From Phoronis australis (taxonomy: Eukaryota; Animalia; Phoronida), in NCBI GenBank assembly GCA_002633005.1, contig NMRA01000365.1:242422-306421 (forward strand): DNA of 64,000 nucleotides. Reading direction: 5' to 3'. This document shows positions 28,101-43,100 of the stretch, piece by piece (the first letter of the stretch is position 1; every line of letters begins with the position of its first letter). Under the pieces are notes generated by a model. That model searched no databases. It was not told where the DNA came from and saw nothing but the letters and a program-made list of their open reading frames with translations. The position numbers and the translations under genes are program-made.

Positions 28101-31100
28101 TGAATGATACCTCTATACCCACAATGCAACATTCTGACCCGTTTCCAATATGGCGCAGTTGCAGCTCTGGTATTGAATCGGACCATTTCATTTCTGGGCC
28201 AAGAGAGTTCCATATTGCAATAGCAGCATAAATAAAAAACCTCTTGCCAGTCTCGGTTTGAATTCTTTGAAAAGAAACATTATCAGCAAAGGGAGAACGT
28301 GTAGAGTATAATACAAGCTTGACTGCTACTGAATTTGCGGCTGAGATATGCTGGACACATCTGTACATGCAACAGGCAGAGAGATATTTATATTTTGTTT
28401 TACTTTCAAAAAGCCAAGCTTGGAGTACAAGTCGTCGACCCAGGTGTCCCTAGTTCTAGTACCCAGGATAGCCCTGGCGGCTCTACTTTGAATTACTTGA
28501 ACTTTGCTGACAAGTGTGTCCTGGTCTGTCCGAAACCGGTAAACAATAATCAATATGAGGTTAAATAATACAATGGTAAATTGTCTTAAGAGTGCTGACA
28601 TTAAAAAAATTTACCTAGACGTTTAAGTATGCTGATTTTCTTAGATAATTTCTTTGTGATGTGATGTGATCTATGTGCATAATAATTTCTGGTGGGATCC
28701 CAACAGCATAGACTTGGTTTTACTGACGTTAGAGTGAGTTTATTTTAAATCAGCCAGTCATGGATAAGGGCTAGCCCATGGTTGAGAGAAGTTTCAAGTT
28801 CTTTTACTGATCCAGTTGTGGACATAATTGCAGTGTCATCAGCATATAAAATGGGTACCCTGTTGTGGACAGAAGCGATGAGTAGTTAGAAAGAATACCA
28901 CGATCGTATTTGGTGGCCTCTTTGCAGTCGTATAAGTTGTTTTTAAACCAAAGGAGTTTGTTATCGTCAACTGCATAGGACTCTAGTTTCTTTAGTAGGA
29001 CACCATGGTCCACAGTGTCAAAGGCTTTCTTAAGGTCAACAAAAACAGCACCTGTAAGTCTCCCCTAATTCATATTGTTAAAGATAAACTCAGTAGCGTA
29101 AATATTTGTAGTCAGGGTAGAATGCAGAGGGCGGAAACCAGACTGTGGAGTTGATAGAAGGGATTTTTCCTCCAGGAACTGGTGAAGCTGTTGGACACAC
29201 CTTTTAAGAATTTTGGACACTGCAGGGAGGACTGATATTGGTCTATAATTCTTGTAACTGGAGTTTTCATCGTCTTTAAAAACAGGAGTAGCGACCGCCA
29301 TCTTCCATTCATTAGGAATTGTGGCTGTTGCAAAGTTAAGTTCATGATATTAGTAATGGGCTTGGCTATTTGCTGAGACCCAGTTTTAATAGTTTGGCAT
29401 CAATGCTATTGATGCCACTGGCACTACTAGAGTTCAGAGTTTTTATTTGTTCTCAGATGTAGTCAGCTTGAATGTCCTGAAACTTAAATGATATTCCCTC
29501 CTGTACCTTGGGCGGGAGTTCTATAGTTGACATACTGAAGTTTTTGGCCAATGCCACTAAATAGTCACTAAATAAACCAATTAGTACTTTGTTTGCGACA
29601 GACTTGGACTTGGACTTGTTAGGTAAAATTGATCAATAGAAACCTGTTTGGCAAATTTCATGAAAATACAATATGAACTCCGAAGATACATAAGTAAGCG
29701 TAAAAACATTTTGTCACTGGATGGCAGTCACTGTGCTATTCAGATCAGTTCAAAACTCCTTCCCGTTTGTTGTCAGCTCCATAGAAACACAACTTTCAAA
29801 CTTCACAAACCTCCCTCAAAGGGTTAAGGAGATTCGGCCACAAAATCATCACTAGGGGGTACAGAGTAGTCAGACCCGTCCAAAAGTCAATGTTAGTCTT
29901 GGCATTCTCACAAGGAACAACATTGAGTAGTTTGACAGATAGAGAAGCGGATGCCAGAAAACGGAAAAATAACAAAATAGAAGGACATCATGATCTATTT
30001 TCCAAATTTCCTGAAAATCCATCAAGGAAATCTGAAGATACAGAGCCAAAAGTAAAAAAAATAAAATTGCCATTATGAAGCACAGTGGTTGCAGGATCAG
30101 TCCAAAATTTGCAGTCACCTGTCATCAGCTTCATAGCAACACACCTAACAAATTTCAATAAGATCCTGCATGGGGTTAAGGAAGTACAGCAGCAGATGTC
30201 AAATGCCCAGACAGAGATGACGACAATATGCAAAAATATGTGGGAGCAGAAAACAACAGCAGCAAGAACACACCTCATCTGATTATTCAATGCAGCCACC
30301 GCCAAAGGGGTATTACCATCATTGTCCACAGCTTGAAGACTTGCACCTTTCTGTGAACAGAAATAGCCAAATGAAATGACCATGGGTTTAATTCACTCTT
30401 TTATAGCATTATTCACATTTTAAAAATTTATCATTGCATCAAATTAGTTGTTTAATTTGATGAATAGACAGACCATTTTTTGCACCTCTGCAAAGCATTT
30501 TAATGAGATTAATCAACCATTTCTAATATACAACAGCTTGTATTTGAGTTTCATCAAAATTCAGAGACATCTTTACACATGCGTATGTCTCCACAGAAAC
30601 CTGTCCTTTATGGCAAAGTATGCAAACTAGAATTGCAAGTGCAAAATGTGAAATATTTGTTTTCTTTATATTTCATAAGTCAAAAAAGACTCTCTTACAT
30701 CAAAAAGCATTTTCTACACTCAAGAAGACACAAGTCCTGATGATCTTATCCTGATCTGCAGCAACTCAATAAAAGTTGGTATCAAGTCAAGATCTCTGTC
30801 ACCAGTCACAGTTGAGTGGAGTTCTTACCGCCAATAAGTGCATGCAACATATAGATGCGCCAACTAGAGCTGCCCTGTGTAATGGTGTCCGTCCAAAGAT
30901 GTCAGGCACATCAATCCTATCCCCCTTCATTGCACCAGTTAGTGTCGTACAAAGCTCTATGGGATCATAGTGGTTCCCTTTGATACCAGATTCATGCGGC
31001 CTGTGAAGAACAATTAAGTCTTACTAGAATATGAACATTTTATTGACCATTCAAGCATTCACAACCACACTGGTTATATAATAAGGTAGCCCACGCAATA

Positions 31101-34100
31101 TCTGACAAGCGTTTGAAAACAAAATGAAATTAACCTTTTGTGGTGAAACTTGAAATCCACTTAACTGAAAATATTGACGTCACACATAACAACTAATACA
31201 CCATCTTGGCTTTAAACATTGTATCTTGACTGTGATTGCATGGAGTGTACCAAATTACCCAAGTTAACACATATTTTCTTGTGTTACTCAATTCATGTAT
31301 TCGGCAGTTGTCACTGATTGATCAGCTTTGAGGCAAGTGGATACAAAAAAAATTAATTTGGACTGTTTTTAACATTTTTATGTTAACCTAATCTTTAATT
31401 CTTGATGCACAGTATAGTGAAGAAAAATAAAATCATTCTGAAAATCCAAAGTTGTTTTTTTAATTATATTTGATCAAGCTTCAGTAAGTCATATAGCTTG
31501 ACCGCTCACCAGCTCAGTGACTGACAAGTGGGGCGGAGCTTATACAAGGACACTAGCTCTAATCTAACCCTGTCAACAAACATTGCGTAACCGGACAATC
31601 GAGAGTGCTGAACCAGCTGATATAACTTTGGTAGCGAGACATAGAATAAAATTATCCTATTTTTGACCATGTAGAAGTTGATGGTGAAATGGTGAATTAC
31701 TGTTCCAAGCCTGAGCCTCTTTGGCCATCTGCAAAAAAAATTAAGCTGAGTTCGCCAAGTCCTACTGAAGCCATCACAGCACTCAGCTTGAGGAGTCAGT
31801 GCAGAAATTGTGCGTGTGTAAGATTAGTCAGAAAGATGTGGTGCCTTGCGAGACGACAATTAGCGTCGACGTGGGTGGTGTTGCAGGATTCGATGAGAGT
31901 GCGCACACGCGCTGTGAAGACACGCCGTGTGTGCGAGACATGGACAAATACATGCAGTCAGAGTAGAAAGTTTTTCGAGATAAACTGTGCTTCTGTGCTA
32001 GGAATGTGTTCATTTAGTCACGGGAGAAACTAGGCTGCCAAACTTGGTGAATTTTTTAACATGCAGCTGGCTGTATCCCAAACAATTAGAGAAATGACCC
32101 ACTTTTCAACATAACAAAATTATTCTAGTGCATAGAAGCGTATCCCTGAATCAAAAGTCATAATATTATTATACAATTTTAGTAGAAAGCAAGATAAGAA
32201 ACTTTGGTAACTTTAGAGAATCTCACCCAAGCGATGCTATTTGCGCTAAATTAAGTGCTATTTTCTTATCCCCCACTCCATTTGACTACTGAGAATGTTG
32301 GCGGTATGGACATGTGAAAATGTTGAGCCATTACAATGAAAGTCATTCTTTATCCTCGTCGCCAAATTGTTACGTAGATTGTAACGCAGTGATTTGATAT
32401 AACACATATATTGTTGGTGAAGAGACAAACTACATAATTATAATATTGGAAACACTAACAAATAGGTCTACGCAATATAGAGTCCTTTTCCACACCGAAT
32501 GGAGTTTAGATGACTCACATAAACAATCAACACATGGTTTAAATGGTGAGTTGTTGGCACCATGGAAGAGCAGACAATAGATCAACGCTAAGCTCTGCCC
32601 ACGTGTCAGCCATATGTGTTTTGGTCGTCACATTTTCTAAACATGAAATAAATACCAGCTCTATTTCTAGTACATCAACAGAAACTGGAACAAAATGACC
32701 TTGCATTCTAAACGAATTTTGACCTCAAGTGGCAATCGATGCCCGCTTAACTTCTAAGCCGTTTTTCTCGGCTGGTGTTTTCAGGATGGTGATAAGATTC
32801 TCCGGCCTATTTTTCCGCTACGCGTTGGTCAATTTTTACAAAATTTGCAAATTTGAAATCCACTATAACAGAAGTGCAACCGTGTTCCAGGGTTTTTTTT
32901 TTGATACATGGACTACATTGTTACTTATTGGACGGAAAGTGACTAAATGACAGATGGTGGCATGCTCGCTAAAACTCACACGCAAAACATGCCACAAAAT
33001 CAAGATCATAATGTTTTTGTACCTGTAATTGGTACAGATGAGTAGAGTATTGCATTTGGTACAGGTGAGTAGAGTATTGCATTTGGTACAGGTGAGTAGA
33101 GTATTGCATTTGGTACAGGTGAGTNNNNNNNNNNNNNNNNNNNNNNNNNNNNNNNNNNNNNNNNNNNNNNNNNNNNNNNNNNNNNNNNNNNNNNNNNNNN
33201 NNNNNNNNNNNNNNNNNNNNNNNNNNNNNNNNNNNNNNNNNNNNNNNNNNNNNNNNNNNNNNNNNNNNNNNNNNNNNNNNNNNNNNNNNNNNNNNNNNNN
33301 NNNNNNNNNNNNNNNNNNNNNNNNNNNNNNNNNNNNNNNNNNNNNNNNNNNNNNNNNNNNNNNNNNNNNNNNNNNNNNNNNNNNNNNNNNNNNNNNNNNN
33401 NNNNNNNNNNNNNNNNNNNNNNNNNNNNNNNNNNNNNNNNNNNNNNNNNNNNNNNNNNNNNNNNNNNNNNNNNNNNNNNNNNNNNNNNNNNNNNNNNNNN
33501 NNNNNNNNNNNNNNNNNNNNNNNNNNNNNNNNNNNNNNNNNNNNNNNNNNNNNNNNNNNNNNNNNNNNNNNNNNNNNNNNNCTAGAAAGCCTGAAATACA
33601 CACACATTTAATTCCAACAAACAATTTAATTCCAACGCAAATGGAAAAAAGTCAAGACAAAAACCTGTGTCTCATACCCCAACTGTTAGCATGGAAAAAT
33701 GAAAGTCAAAAATAATGTACTTTAAACAATAGAATGCATCAATCACAATCCTAAGTTGGGCAAACTTTTCAGTTTTAAACAGTAAATACAGGAGTTAATT
33801 GTTCATACGCCACGCTGGTGTAGAAGAAACTATGGGACAAGAAATAACTACCAGGACACTGAAAATAGGCTGGCAGAATTTGTAAACAATGGCTTATACC
33901 AATCAGATCATTCAGAATCTCTCACATGATGACTTCTCTCAAACTGCAAAACTCGAGTCACAAAATAGAACACGAAAAATGTCAAAATAAATTGAAATAC
34001 ATAAAAGGAAATTTACACATTTGCAGTAACGAAAATAGCACTTTGTATCTCGTTTCGGCGGCACGTAGAAAATCGCACTCATGAGCGGTCAAGCCTAACA

Positions 34101-37100
34101 CTGTCACTAGCAGCCAACGGCAACGGGCGTGCATGTGGGATCAAACAAAAGTATTTCGTACATTACTCACATCCCACAATTCCAATCGAACAAATAACCG
34201 GTTACGATTGAATTTCCTTTCAGAAAGCGTTATTTCTAGTGTTTCATCGTTTTCAGTCAGTCCTCCGACTCCAACTTAGTCCTAGGCGACTCGCCCACGC
34301 ACTCCGTAACTGTTCCTCTCTCAGAGTTTACAGAGCACAAACCTTGAGTTATGTTGTTTGTGAAGACATTGACTGTTTCTTTTATCCACTTTTCCACGAA
34401 ATATTCTGTCTACTCCATGCTCCAAGCATTTTTGACCGCAGAATCGCACCATTCGTCACCGTGATTTTATACCAAATACAGACGCCATTTAAATTTATCT
34501 GTTCCTCGATTGCCTCTGACGTCACTCACTACTTAGAAAGCATGTTTCTTGTATATGGTTACGAGTCATCGGGAAATTCGAGCGCCTGTAATCCGCAATT
34601 ACAATTTTCGTTCCTCCGAAACATAAAGAGCAGTTTCCGCTTTTCGAGCCATCGGCAACACCGCGGTGAGAAAACAATTTGCCGCGATAATTTTATGGCA
34701 AATCCGATTTTTTTCCGCGGAATTATAACGAAAATACGCGGAGGGATTAAAAGAAAAAAGCGGAAATACCCGTTTCCGAGGAAAATTCCAAGCCTTGAAT
34801 AATGCCAGTGCATATCAAATAAAAAATCGAGGCAAAATTGATTTTTTGAAAATTATAAAATGCAATATTTTAAAAAAACAAATAAAATAAAAAACTTTTT
34901 TTTTTCAATTTTTGTCACTTTCAGAGTCATGTCTAACTAGTTTAAACCTTTTTTTAAACTTATTTTAGAGAGGAACCTGGAGATATGACCAGTGTATACA
35001 CCCTCCTTAAGAAAACCATCTGAGGAGCTTTTTGAGATATTTACGTTATTCATGGATGACCGCCCTCTGACCTTGCACGATTCTTTCATCTATTGACAGC
35101 TACATTTTTAGCTTCAAAAAATTTACCCTTAGTTTATACAGATAAGAAAATAACACTTCTTAATCAACCCCAAAATCAACAGTCAAACGATTCTACTGGC
35201 ATCTCCTGAAACAACTGACACCAACCATCACCTTGGCAATTATGCCCAATTGGACTAATAATACAACTAAATATTATACTTATTGACAATATTTCTTTTC
35301 GTCGAAAATCAGCAAAGTTTCATCACCATAATTTAGCATTAGTTTTCATCTGATTTTCATCTGGGTTTTAGCTACAACTTCAACGAATTCAGATGAACTT
35401 CATTGAAATTCGTCAACATTTTTGAAAACTAACCAGCATGCAGCTCTAGAAACACTAGGTGACAAACACCAGTTACGTCTAGTCAAAAAGTGCACTAAAA
35501 ATGGGTGACAAACACCAGTTACATCTAGTCTGAAAGTGCACTAACAATGGGTGACAAACACCAGTTACATACAGTCTAAAAGTGATATGCAGTGGAAGTC
35601 TGTCTTGTGCGTTAGCCGCGAAGACGTCTGCCCCGTGTTCAATTAGTAGCTCCTCTATTTCCGTGGACACATCACTACCACCATTGTTGAAACGGATTGC
35701 CCAGTGAAGTGGTGTCCATTGTTGGCTGTTTTTTATGTTCACGTTAGCGTTATGATCTAGCAGCAGTTGAACAGCTTCCAAAGACCCTGAAAACAAGGTA
35801 AATCAATTTTTAAACATTCAAAAAGCTTTTAACATCAAGAACTAATACGATGGAAACAAACTAAGCAAACATTATGAGCTCAATTATGTTATTGCGATTC
35901 CATCAAAACTTATCACTTAAATAATCACAAACTTTTGGCTTTTCAATTGAAACTAATTTCAACTGTTCTGAAGGACTACAAAATGCTGCATTCGTTGAGT
36001 GAAATTTAAAATATCAAAAACTTCCTTATGATGTCCATGAGAAAACAGAAATTACAGTACATGTGTTAGCAGTGAATGTGATGACGACCACAACATTAAA
36101 GCGGTTATCAACTATTTAATGAAAAAATGTAAATTTTAATGAATACTGTAAACTATTAGAAAACTTGATAAGCGGCATTCAACTATTTAATGAATACTGT
36201 AAACTATTAGAAAACTTGATAAGCGGCATTCAACTATTTAATGAATACTGTAAACTATTAGAGAACTTGATAAGCGGCATTCAACTATTTAATGAATACT
36301 GTAAACTATTAGAGAACTTGATAAGCGGCATTCAACTATTTAATGAATACTGTAAACTATTAGAAAACTTGATCATCTGAAAATAAAACAACTAAGAAGC
36401 AAGCTGAATTTCATGTTTTAACATTTAAAAAATTTTTTTTCACACTCTGGTTTATCAAATCCTGACACTGATACTTATGGGTTGAACACAATGATACTGG
36501 TATGTCTATGAAAAACATGCTAAAATATGTGTACAGTAACCAATGAATATCACTAGAACATCTCATTGTAAGCAATGCTCACTGCAATTGCAGGCATAAC
36601 ACAGAGCTGTGTTCTGATAATCATCACGGACATTCACTTTGTCGTCATACTTCAGAACCTCGATCAGGAAGGGCAGATAGTTTGATCCTTCTCTGAAATT
36701 ACATTATGTTCTATCAAGTGGAACTTGAAACAAAAACAGTACATGGTCTTCAGACAAACATGAAACTCAAGCTTTAAACTAAAACATTTTTAGGAGCAAA
36801 CCCAGGCACAGAGAAAGAACGTTTATGAGGCCTACATATAATACAACAAATTTCGGATCCTTGCAATCAAACACACAAAGGCGAATGAATAACAATAGTA
36901 AAACCCCTCAAATTGAGGGTGGTTATTGACTAAAAAAAGTTCAATTTCAGATTCACAAAATATCAGCTTCAACAATATTACACTTAAACAACCGTTGCAA
37001 TAACTTCCAATTGTAAATACAAAAACTAAATTCATTAATTCCTACTTTAGTCTAGTTAATGTCTTCAGAATTTCAAACATCACGCCATTCTATTTGAAAT

Positions 37101-40100
37101 GTGATATTTGCGCGACAACAAGCTCATGTGCCTCTCGAGAGCTTGTATGCAAAAAAGCACAAACCAATGGTCAAGACTGGTGAAAAAGTTCTCTTGAATT
37201 CTGGCAGGAATTTAGGAGGTCATGATGCTTTGTTTCTAAAGCATGCCACATGGTCTGACGAGATTACCAAGCACAGTTCCTGACTTACTTTGAAGCAAGA
37301 ATAATAGGTGGCGCTGCATGGTCGTCTTCATTGGCAGAAGGAATATCTGCTCTGGCCCCAGCTTTTAGCTGAAAGGATTAGAAAGCAAATTTATTGATAA
37401 CAGAGTAATTGATCAACAAATAAACACACCTCAAGTAACTGCCATGCCAATGACACAGATGTAATTAGCAAAATTATGTAGCCTGAAAAAGTTGAAAGTT
37501 CAAGAAAATTGATTCGCTTGACAATTAGACAGTGAATGAACAAGTCTCTCATTACTTTGCAGGCATGGATGGTACTCACTGTAACAGCCTGGAACAATGC
37601 ACTTCAAGTGGGATACAGTCCTCCTAATACAGAATCCAGAAAGTATTCGGCAGGTGATTGTCTGCTCAGCAAGCTGGCAGGTGATTGTCTGCTCAGCAAG
37701 CTGGCAGGTGATTGTCTGCTCAGCAAGCTGGCAGGTGATTGTCTGCTCAGCAAGCTGGCAGGTGATTGTCTGCTCAGCAAGCTGGCAGGTGATTGTCTGC
37801 TCAGCAAGCTGGCAGGTGATTTTGAATAGATGCAAGTTGCTCATTACCACCAAGATTAACTTAACAAGTGTCTAATGAAATGCTACTCAAATGAAGTCAT
37901 CTCTACACATCATTACATCTGTATCTGCTCAAGATGACCGCTATCCCACAATCCTTTGTGAACATGACATCTCTCACTATCTGTAAATAGGTCAACAGGC
38001 ACTGTTCCAGGGATAACGTATAACAATTTTAATTGCCAAATGTCTCATTAAGATACACACGTAATTTTAATTGATTTTAATTTATCATAAAACATTTTTA
38101 TATGATCTCCTATCAACCATTTTTATGAATTCATATGAATAGTGTGATATAATTTGGATTGTTGATGAGGATTCCAAGTAACCGTTAATAGTATTTTTCA
38201 TGCAAGGTTGATCGTCAGTCATGCATTGGTAATCATCACTTAAGGGGTCCCACATTTTGAGAACCAGTTTTGATCACCGAAAAACGAGCATCAAACTGGT
38301 TACCCCTATTACTATAGACATCTTAATACTAATACTGTGATGTCTATGCCTGTGACTATTGCCTGATTTCGTATCATTGAGCAACGTTAAACAATCAAAA
38401 GAGGTTTTCCATTATCATTATCCTGATATGAATTTCTATCAGGGCTGTTCCAGCAAAATCTGTATGGGAGGGGGGGAAGGCACTTTTATTTCATACCCAC
38501 CGCCCGTATTTTTCATTTATTTCTCCAACCCATGACCCATAATTTTTTAATTATTTTTAATAGGTTAAAATATAAAATCCAACACTTGCAAACAAATTGC
38601 CTCCAGGAGGACCTATTAAGAACTTAGATGACTGACAGACAAGAACTAGTTGTCTTGTCCAATATTGTCAAAAACTAAAGTAGCCTGTGAGCAATACTTT
38701 TGGCAGCCACCAGGTGTCTCTGTTCACCATGTGTCTATAATTTCAATGAACATTTTTTCATTTATAAGGATCTATGAATCTCAAACTGTCTCCACGAACT
38801 CTTCTATACTTCTATGTCAAGTGAATATTGGAACTTGTTTATCTTACTCCTCATACTTTTTATTTAAAAATCATCAATTTTCTTATATGTGTTAACACCA
38901 GTTCAGTGTTGCATAACTTTTCAATTCAATAGGACTGCAGACAAACAGTTGGCTCAAATCAAGTTGCCCATGACTTGATTAATGGCTTAGTGAACATATT
39001 GCACTCTGTTCACTGGCAATATGGGCTTTTTTGTATTTGGATAAGTTAGGACAATTGCATTTTTTTTTGAGTTTTTACGGCTGAAGTAACCAACCTATCG
39101 ACATTAACAGGTCAAAAAATACCACCCATTTTTAATGCATCACTTCTTACAGGAACGACCACCCATAATTTGAGTTTTTTTCTGAAGACCACCACCCATG
39201 AATTTTTATTTCTACTGCCGTCCCCCCCCTCCCACACGGATTTTACTGGAACAGCCCTCAACAAAAATTGGGTATAGATAACGTACAAGCAACTGAAAAC
39301 TCGACAGATTTTTGTTCTTGTAAGCCAACACAAGTGGTGTATAGCCTTTGATGTCCATCTGATCTAGGTCAGGCTTGTAGTTCAGAACCATCTGCAGAGC
39401 TGGTCTCTCTGTGGTTGATTCCTCAGTCACATGGTTGGGTTCATTGGAGACTGAAGACAAGATGTGAACAGCAGATCGTTTGCCTGGAAAAACACAATGT
39501 TGGTGATGAGCATCTTATAATCTTTTAAGCACTGAATGGTAGCCCCATCTAGTGTATGAGTACAGAACTAACCAAGTCTCATTGGGTTGAGAACCTTAAT
39601 GTTTTTGGACTACAAAAAGCCAATCTCAGAATTTCAACTAGCACTCTCAGTCTTCAGTGGTAATGGACAATCAGTTCTTCTCAAGCCCAGACTGATTCAG
39701 ACATTGAAACAACATGTGCAGTTTCATCTTGTTTCAAGACTTTTCCTCATCAAATTCAATCCACTGCTAGAGATGCATAGATGTAATTCAAGCTTCCCAT
39801 TAACTTTGGTACTTAACCAATATCAAAGTTAATGTCTAGTGATGCAACAAAATATTGATACTTGTTTAAATTTACAGAGTTTTAAGTATGTGTTACTTTA
39901 AAGATGAAAACATGGTGACATGTCGACGCTTCGCTGTGAAATACACCTCCTAGTGTTCACAACGAAGTAAACTTGTGCTTAAAGCCAAGACCAACGTTAA
40001 GTTTTCCCTCTGACAGATGCTCCACTTTGACACTGAAGCGCCAACATTAGTGGGAACAGGCCATTGATGTTATTGCCAAGAGCCAGTAACATGTTTTTCC

Positions 40101-43100
40101 AAAAGACAGTTTTCAATTTTCATTCTCAAAAGTGCTGTTCTCCTGTCTACGTTCTAATCTAGAATGGACAATGAATGTCAATCAGTAGATATAAGTGTGG
40201 AGAGGCATGAGCTATAGATTTCACCAAACACAACATCCAAACAGGTACACTCCACAGGAAACCAAAAAGCATTGTTTGAGGACACCAAAAAGCATCGTTT
40301 GAGGACACCAACAAACACTGTAAACATTTAACATCGCCTACGTACCGTATTCTGTGTATCTTTCTGACTCTTTTTCCGGGCGTATACCCACAAAGTGTTT
40401 CTCACCAACAGTGGCATTAATGTCAGCATTCAACAAGATTATAAGACAATCCATGAACTGTCTGGCCAGTTGCCACTTGGTGTCCTTGACCTCAACGCCA
40501 TCTGGTGTAAAACTGGAGTCTTCCTACATAGGTAATAATGAGGTGATATTAGGAATCATGAAAATACATGATTTATATGTGATTTTTTATCTTTAGTTCA
40601 TCCTGTACGGACAACCCAGGCCCGCAATTAGAATACTCTAAATATTGAACATTTACGTGACTAGTGAATGTAGTTCTCGTTTTGTGTTCTATCTGCCGTT
40701 GTTAGCTATAGATGCTGAATGCTTTCACCGATAATGAAATTATGTCAAACTAAGTTGCAGGCCCTTGAGCTGCTATTGCCACCTGGTGGCAGGCTCAAGA
40801 GTGACAAAGATGGCAACTCATCAATGAAAACTTTCATTTAATTTATAAAATTCATTGAGATCAACACAAACCTTGTATTCTTTGTAGGCAATGCATGCCT
40901 GCAGTAGTGGAGTGCATCCTACATGATCTCTCATGGCAGCCATTTTGGTAAGAGCACTTTTTGTGTCTTCCTGTACAATGAAATAAAATATAGTATCCTG
41001 TATTGGGTCAGGCAAATTGCAAACCAAGTGATGGCCAGGGTTTTAGACAGCGTGATATGCAGAATGAATGCACAGTTCTCTAGAGAGGTAATAATTATTG
41101 TTCAGATACACAATGACAAATTATTCAATTTAAGAACAAACCATACACTATGATTTCCAGTGTGAAGATAAACGACAAGTTACCCAGCCAATGACTCGAT
41201 TAAAGTGTACTGAGTTTGAACAGTCTGATGAAAGGATGAAAACAATGAGATGGCTTAAATGCAAAGCACAAACCAACCAATTGTTTGACAACAAAATTTG
41301 TACTCACAGATTAGAGCACATTTTTCTAAACTAACTTGTACTCACAGATTATAGCACATTTTTCTATACTAACCTGACATGGCACCAACTGGACACTCAC
41401 TATTTAATTACACATTAGACTCACCACGTTACTCCATCATGGAAAATGGTGGCATATCAAGACACATTAGACTCACCACGTTACTCCATCATGGAAAATG
41501 GTGGCATATCAAGACACATTAGACTCACCACGTTACTCCATCATGGAAAATGGTGGCATATCAAGACACATTAGACTCACCACGTTTCTTGATCATGGAA
41601 AATCAAGTTAGTAACTAGAACTTACTTGACTAAAAAATGTACAAGTGACATTATGACAAGCAATCAGCATTCAAGACAATGACAACCACAAGACATGGCC
41701 ACAATGTCACTTCTTTTTTAACTTGAGGAAGTTTCTGTGACTGATTCAACATCAAATTTTAACATTGAGTCATTGCTCATGCACAAAACATGTCAGTACA
41801 TACCTGCTTGACCAAGACATTGATCACACTTGACATGTCACTCCTCATACAGCTCTCAGACATAGTATGCAGTATGGTCTTACCACCAGATCCCACTTGT
41901 TCAGAGATAGACGCGCCCTTCTCAACAAGCAACTGTACAAGGTCTGTGTTATTCTGCACAGAATACAACAGTGACAAACATATGAATGAAAAAGTTTCAG
42001 CAGGTCCTCATAACGCATTGTACAATATTTTACAAGAGTATCCAGTAATAATATCAAAATGATACGTTAAACCCAAATTGAAACATCTTTGTTGCCATCC
42101 CAACTACTCCACAACGCGCTGCTAAAGCGCATACACATTCCAGACTCACAACTAGCGTGACAATTACATTGGGACGTGCTAGTGCTTCAGTGGCGATGCT
42201 GCATGTATAAGAACTAATTCAAGTTTTTAAATAAGGCCAGTCACGCACCACATCTAGTTATCCATGACTGTGTCATGTTAGAGTTAGTTCTTGGATCGTG
42301 TTAAACCATCTCAAACTTGTCTTTATCCAAGTTGAAACTTCTAGATTTTTGGGCTTCCAAAAGCAAATGCAGTCTCACATTCAATTGCGTGTCTGTATTG
42401 AATGGCTTATAAATTGTTGAGCGAATATTGATAAGACCTTGGACACCACTGACTTTCACTGCAGTCGACAATCATTGTATCAACATTTTACGTGAAGTCA
42501 CTACTCAGAGGATGCGAATGTCATTGTTCACCAAGTCAAATTTTAGAGCAGAATGATCAGAAAAGCCATTGAAATCCGGTGGGAAAAGACCCCCTGAACA
42601 GGGACTGAGGCTATGATATTCCCATCATCTATTGTCAGCTGCCTGTGATGAATACTAAATATCTACATGATTATCATGAGTGTGAAGATGTCGTAGTTTT
42701 TACGATATTTACACAGCTATGTCAGTTGTCATTGAAGACTTTTCACACAACTTGACTCTTTTTGTTTTTTTATCGATTATATACGGTTTGTGAACTACTC
42801 TAATTTCACTGTAGTTGCAGACAGTTGGCATCATTGATAAGAGCTTAATATCTAATGGAGTATGATAATTTTCCACTAATTTCACACAAAAATTATTGCC
42901 AAATTGGATATTTTTTAAGCTAGTTAGCTTTTTGAAAATAATGGGAACTGTAGCAAATATCATTTTATGACATCTATACACTAAACACTAACATATTTGT
43001 AATTGACACAAAATGTCCTTAATCTTCACTTTTTAGGAGAAATTCAACAAAGCAAGAGTTTCACTTGTCAGCCTTATTGTGTGCTGAATATGTGAAGAAT

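Noticed and set aside
31130-33020. Repeat-like region with ORFs 31689-32033 and 32729-32950
   Set aside because: It resembles DNA-transposon interior, but I could not establish termini, TSDs or protein homology
32863-33715. Long ORFs of more than 200 aa here and at 51544-52353
   Set aside because: Artefacts of translating through N gaps
36165-37875. Repetitive peptide ORFs (ISGIQLFNEYCKLLENL, AGDCLLSKL, ITCQLAEQT)
   Set aside because: Translations of minisatellites whose unit length is a multiple of 3; no splice or start context
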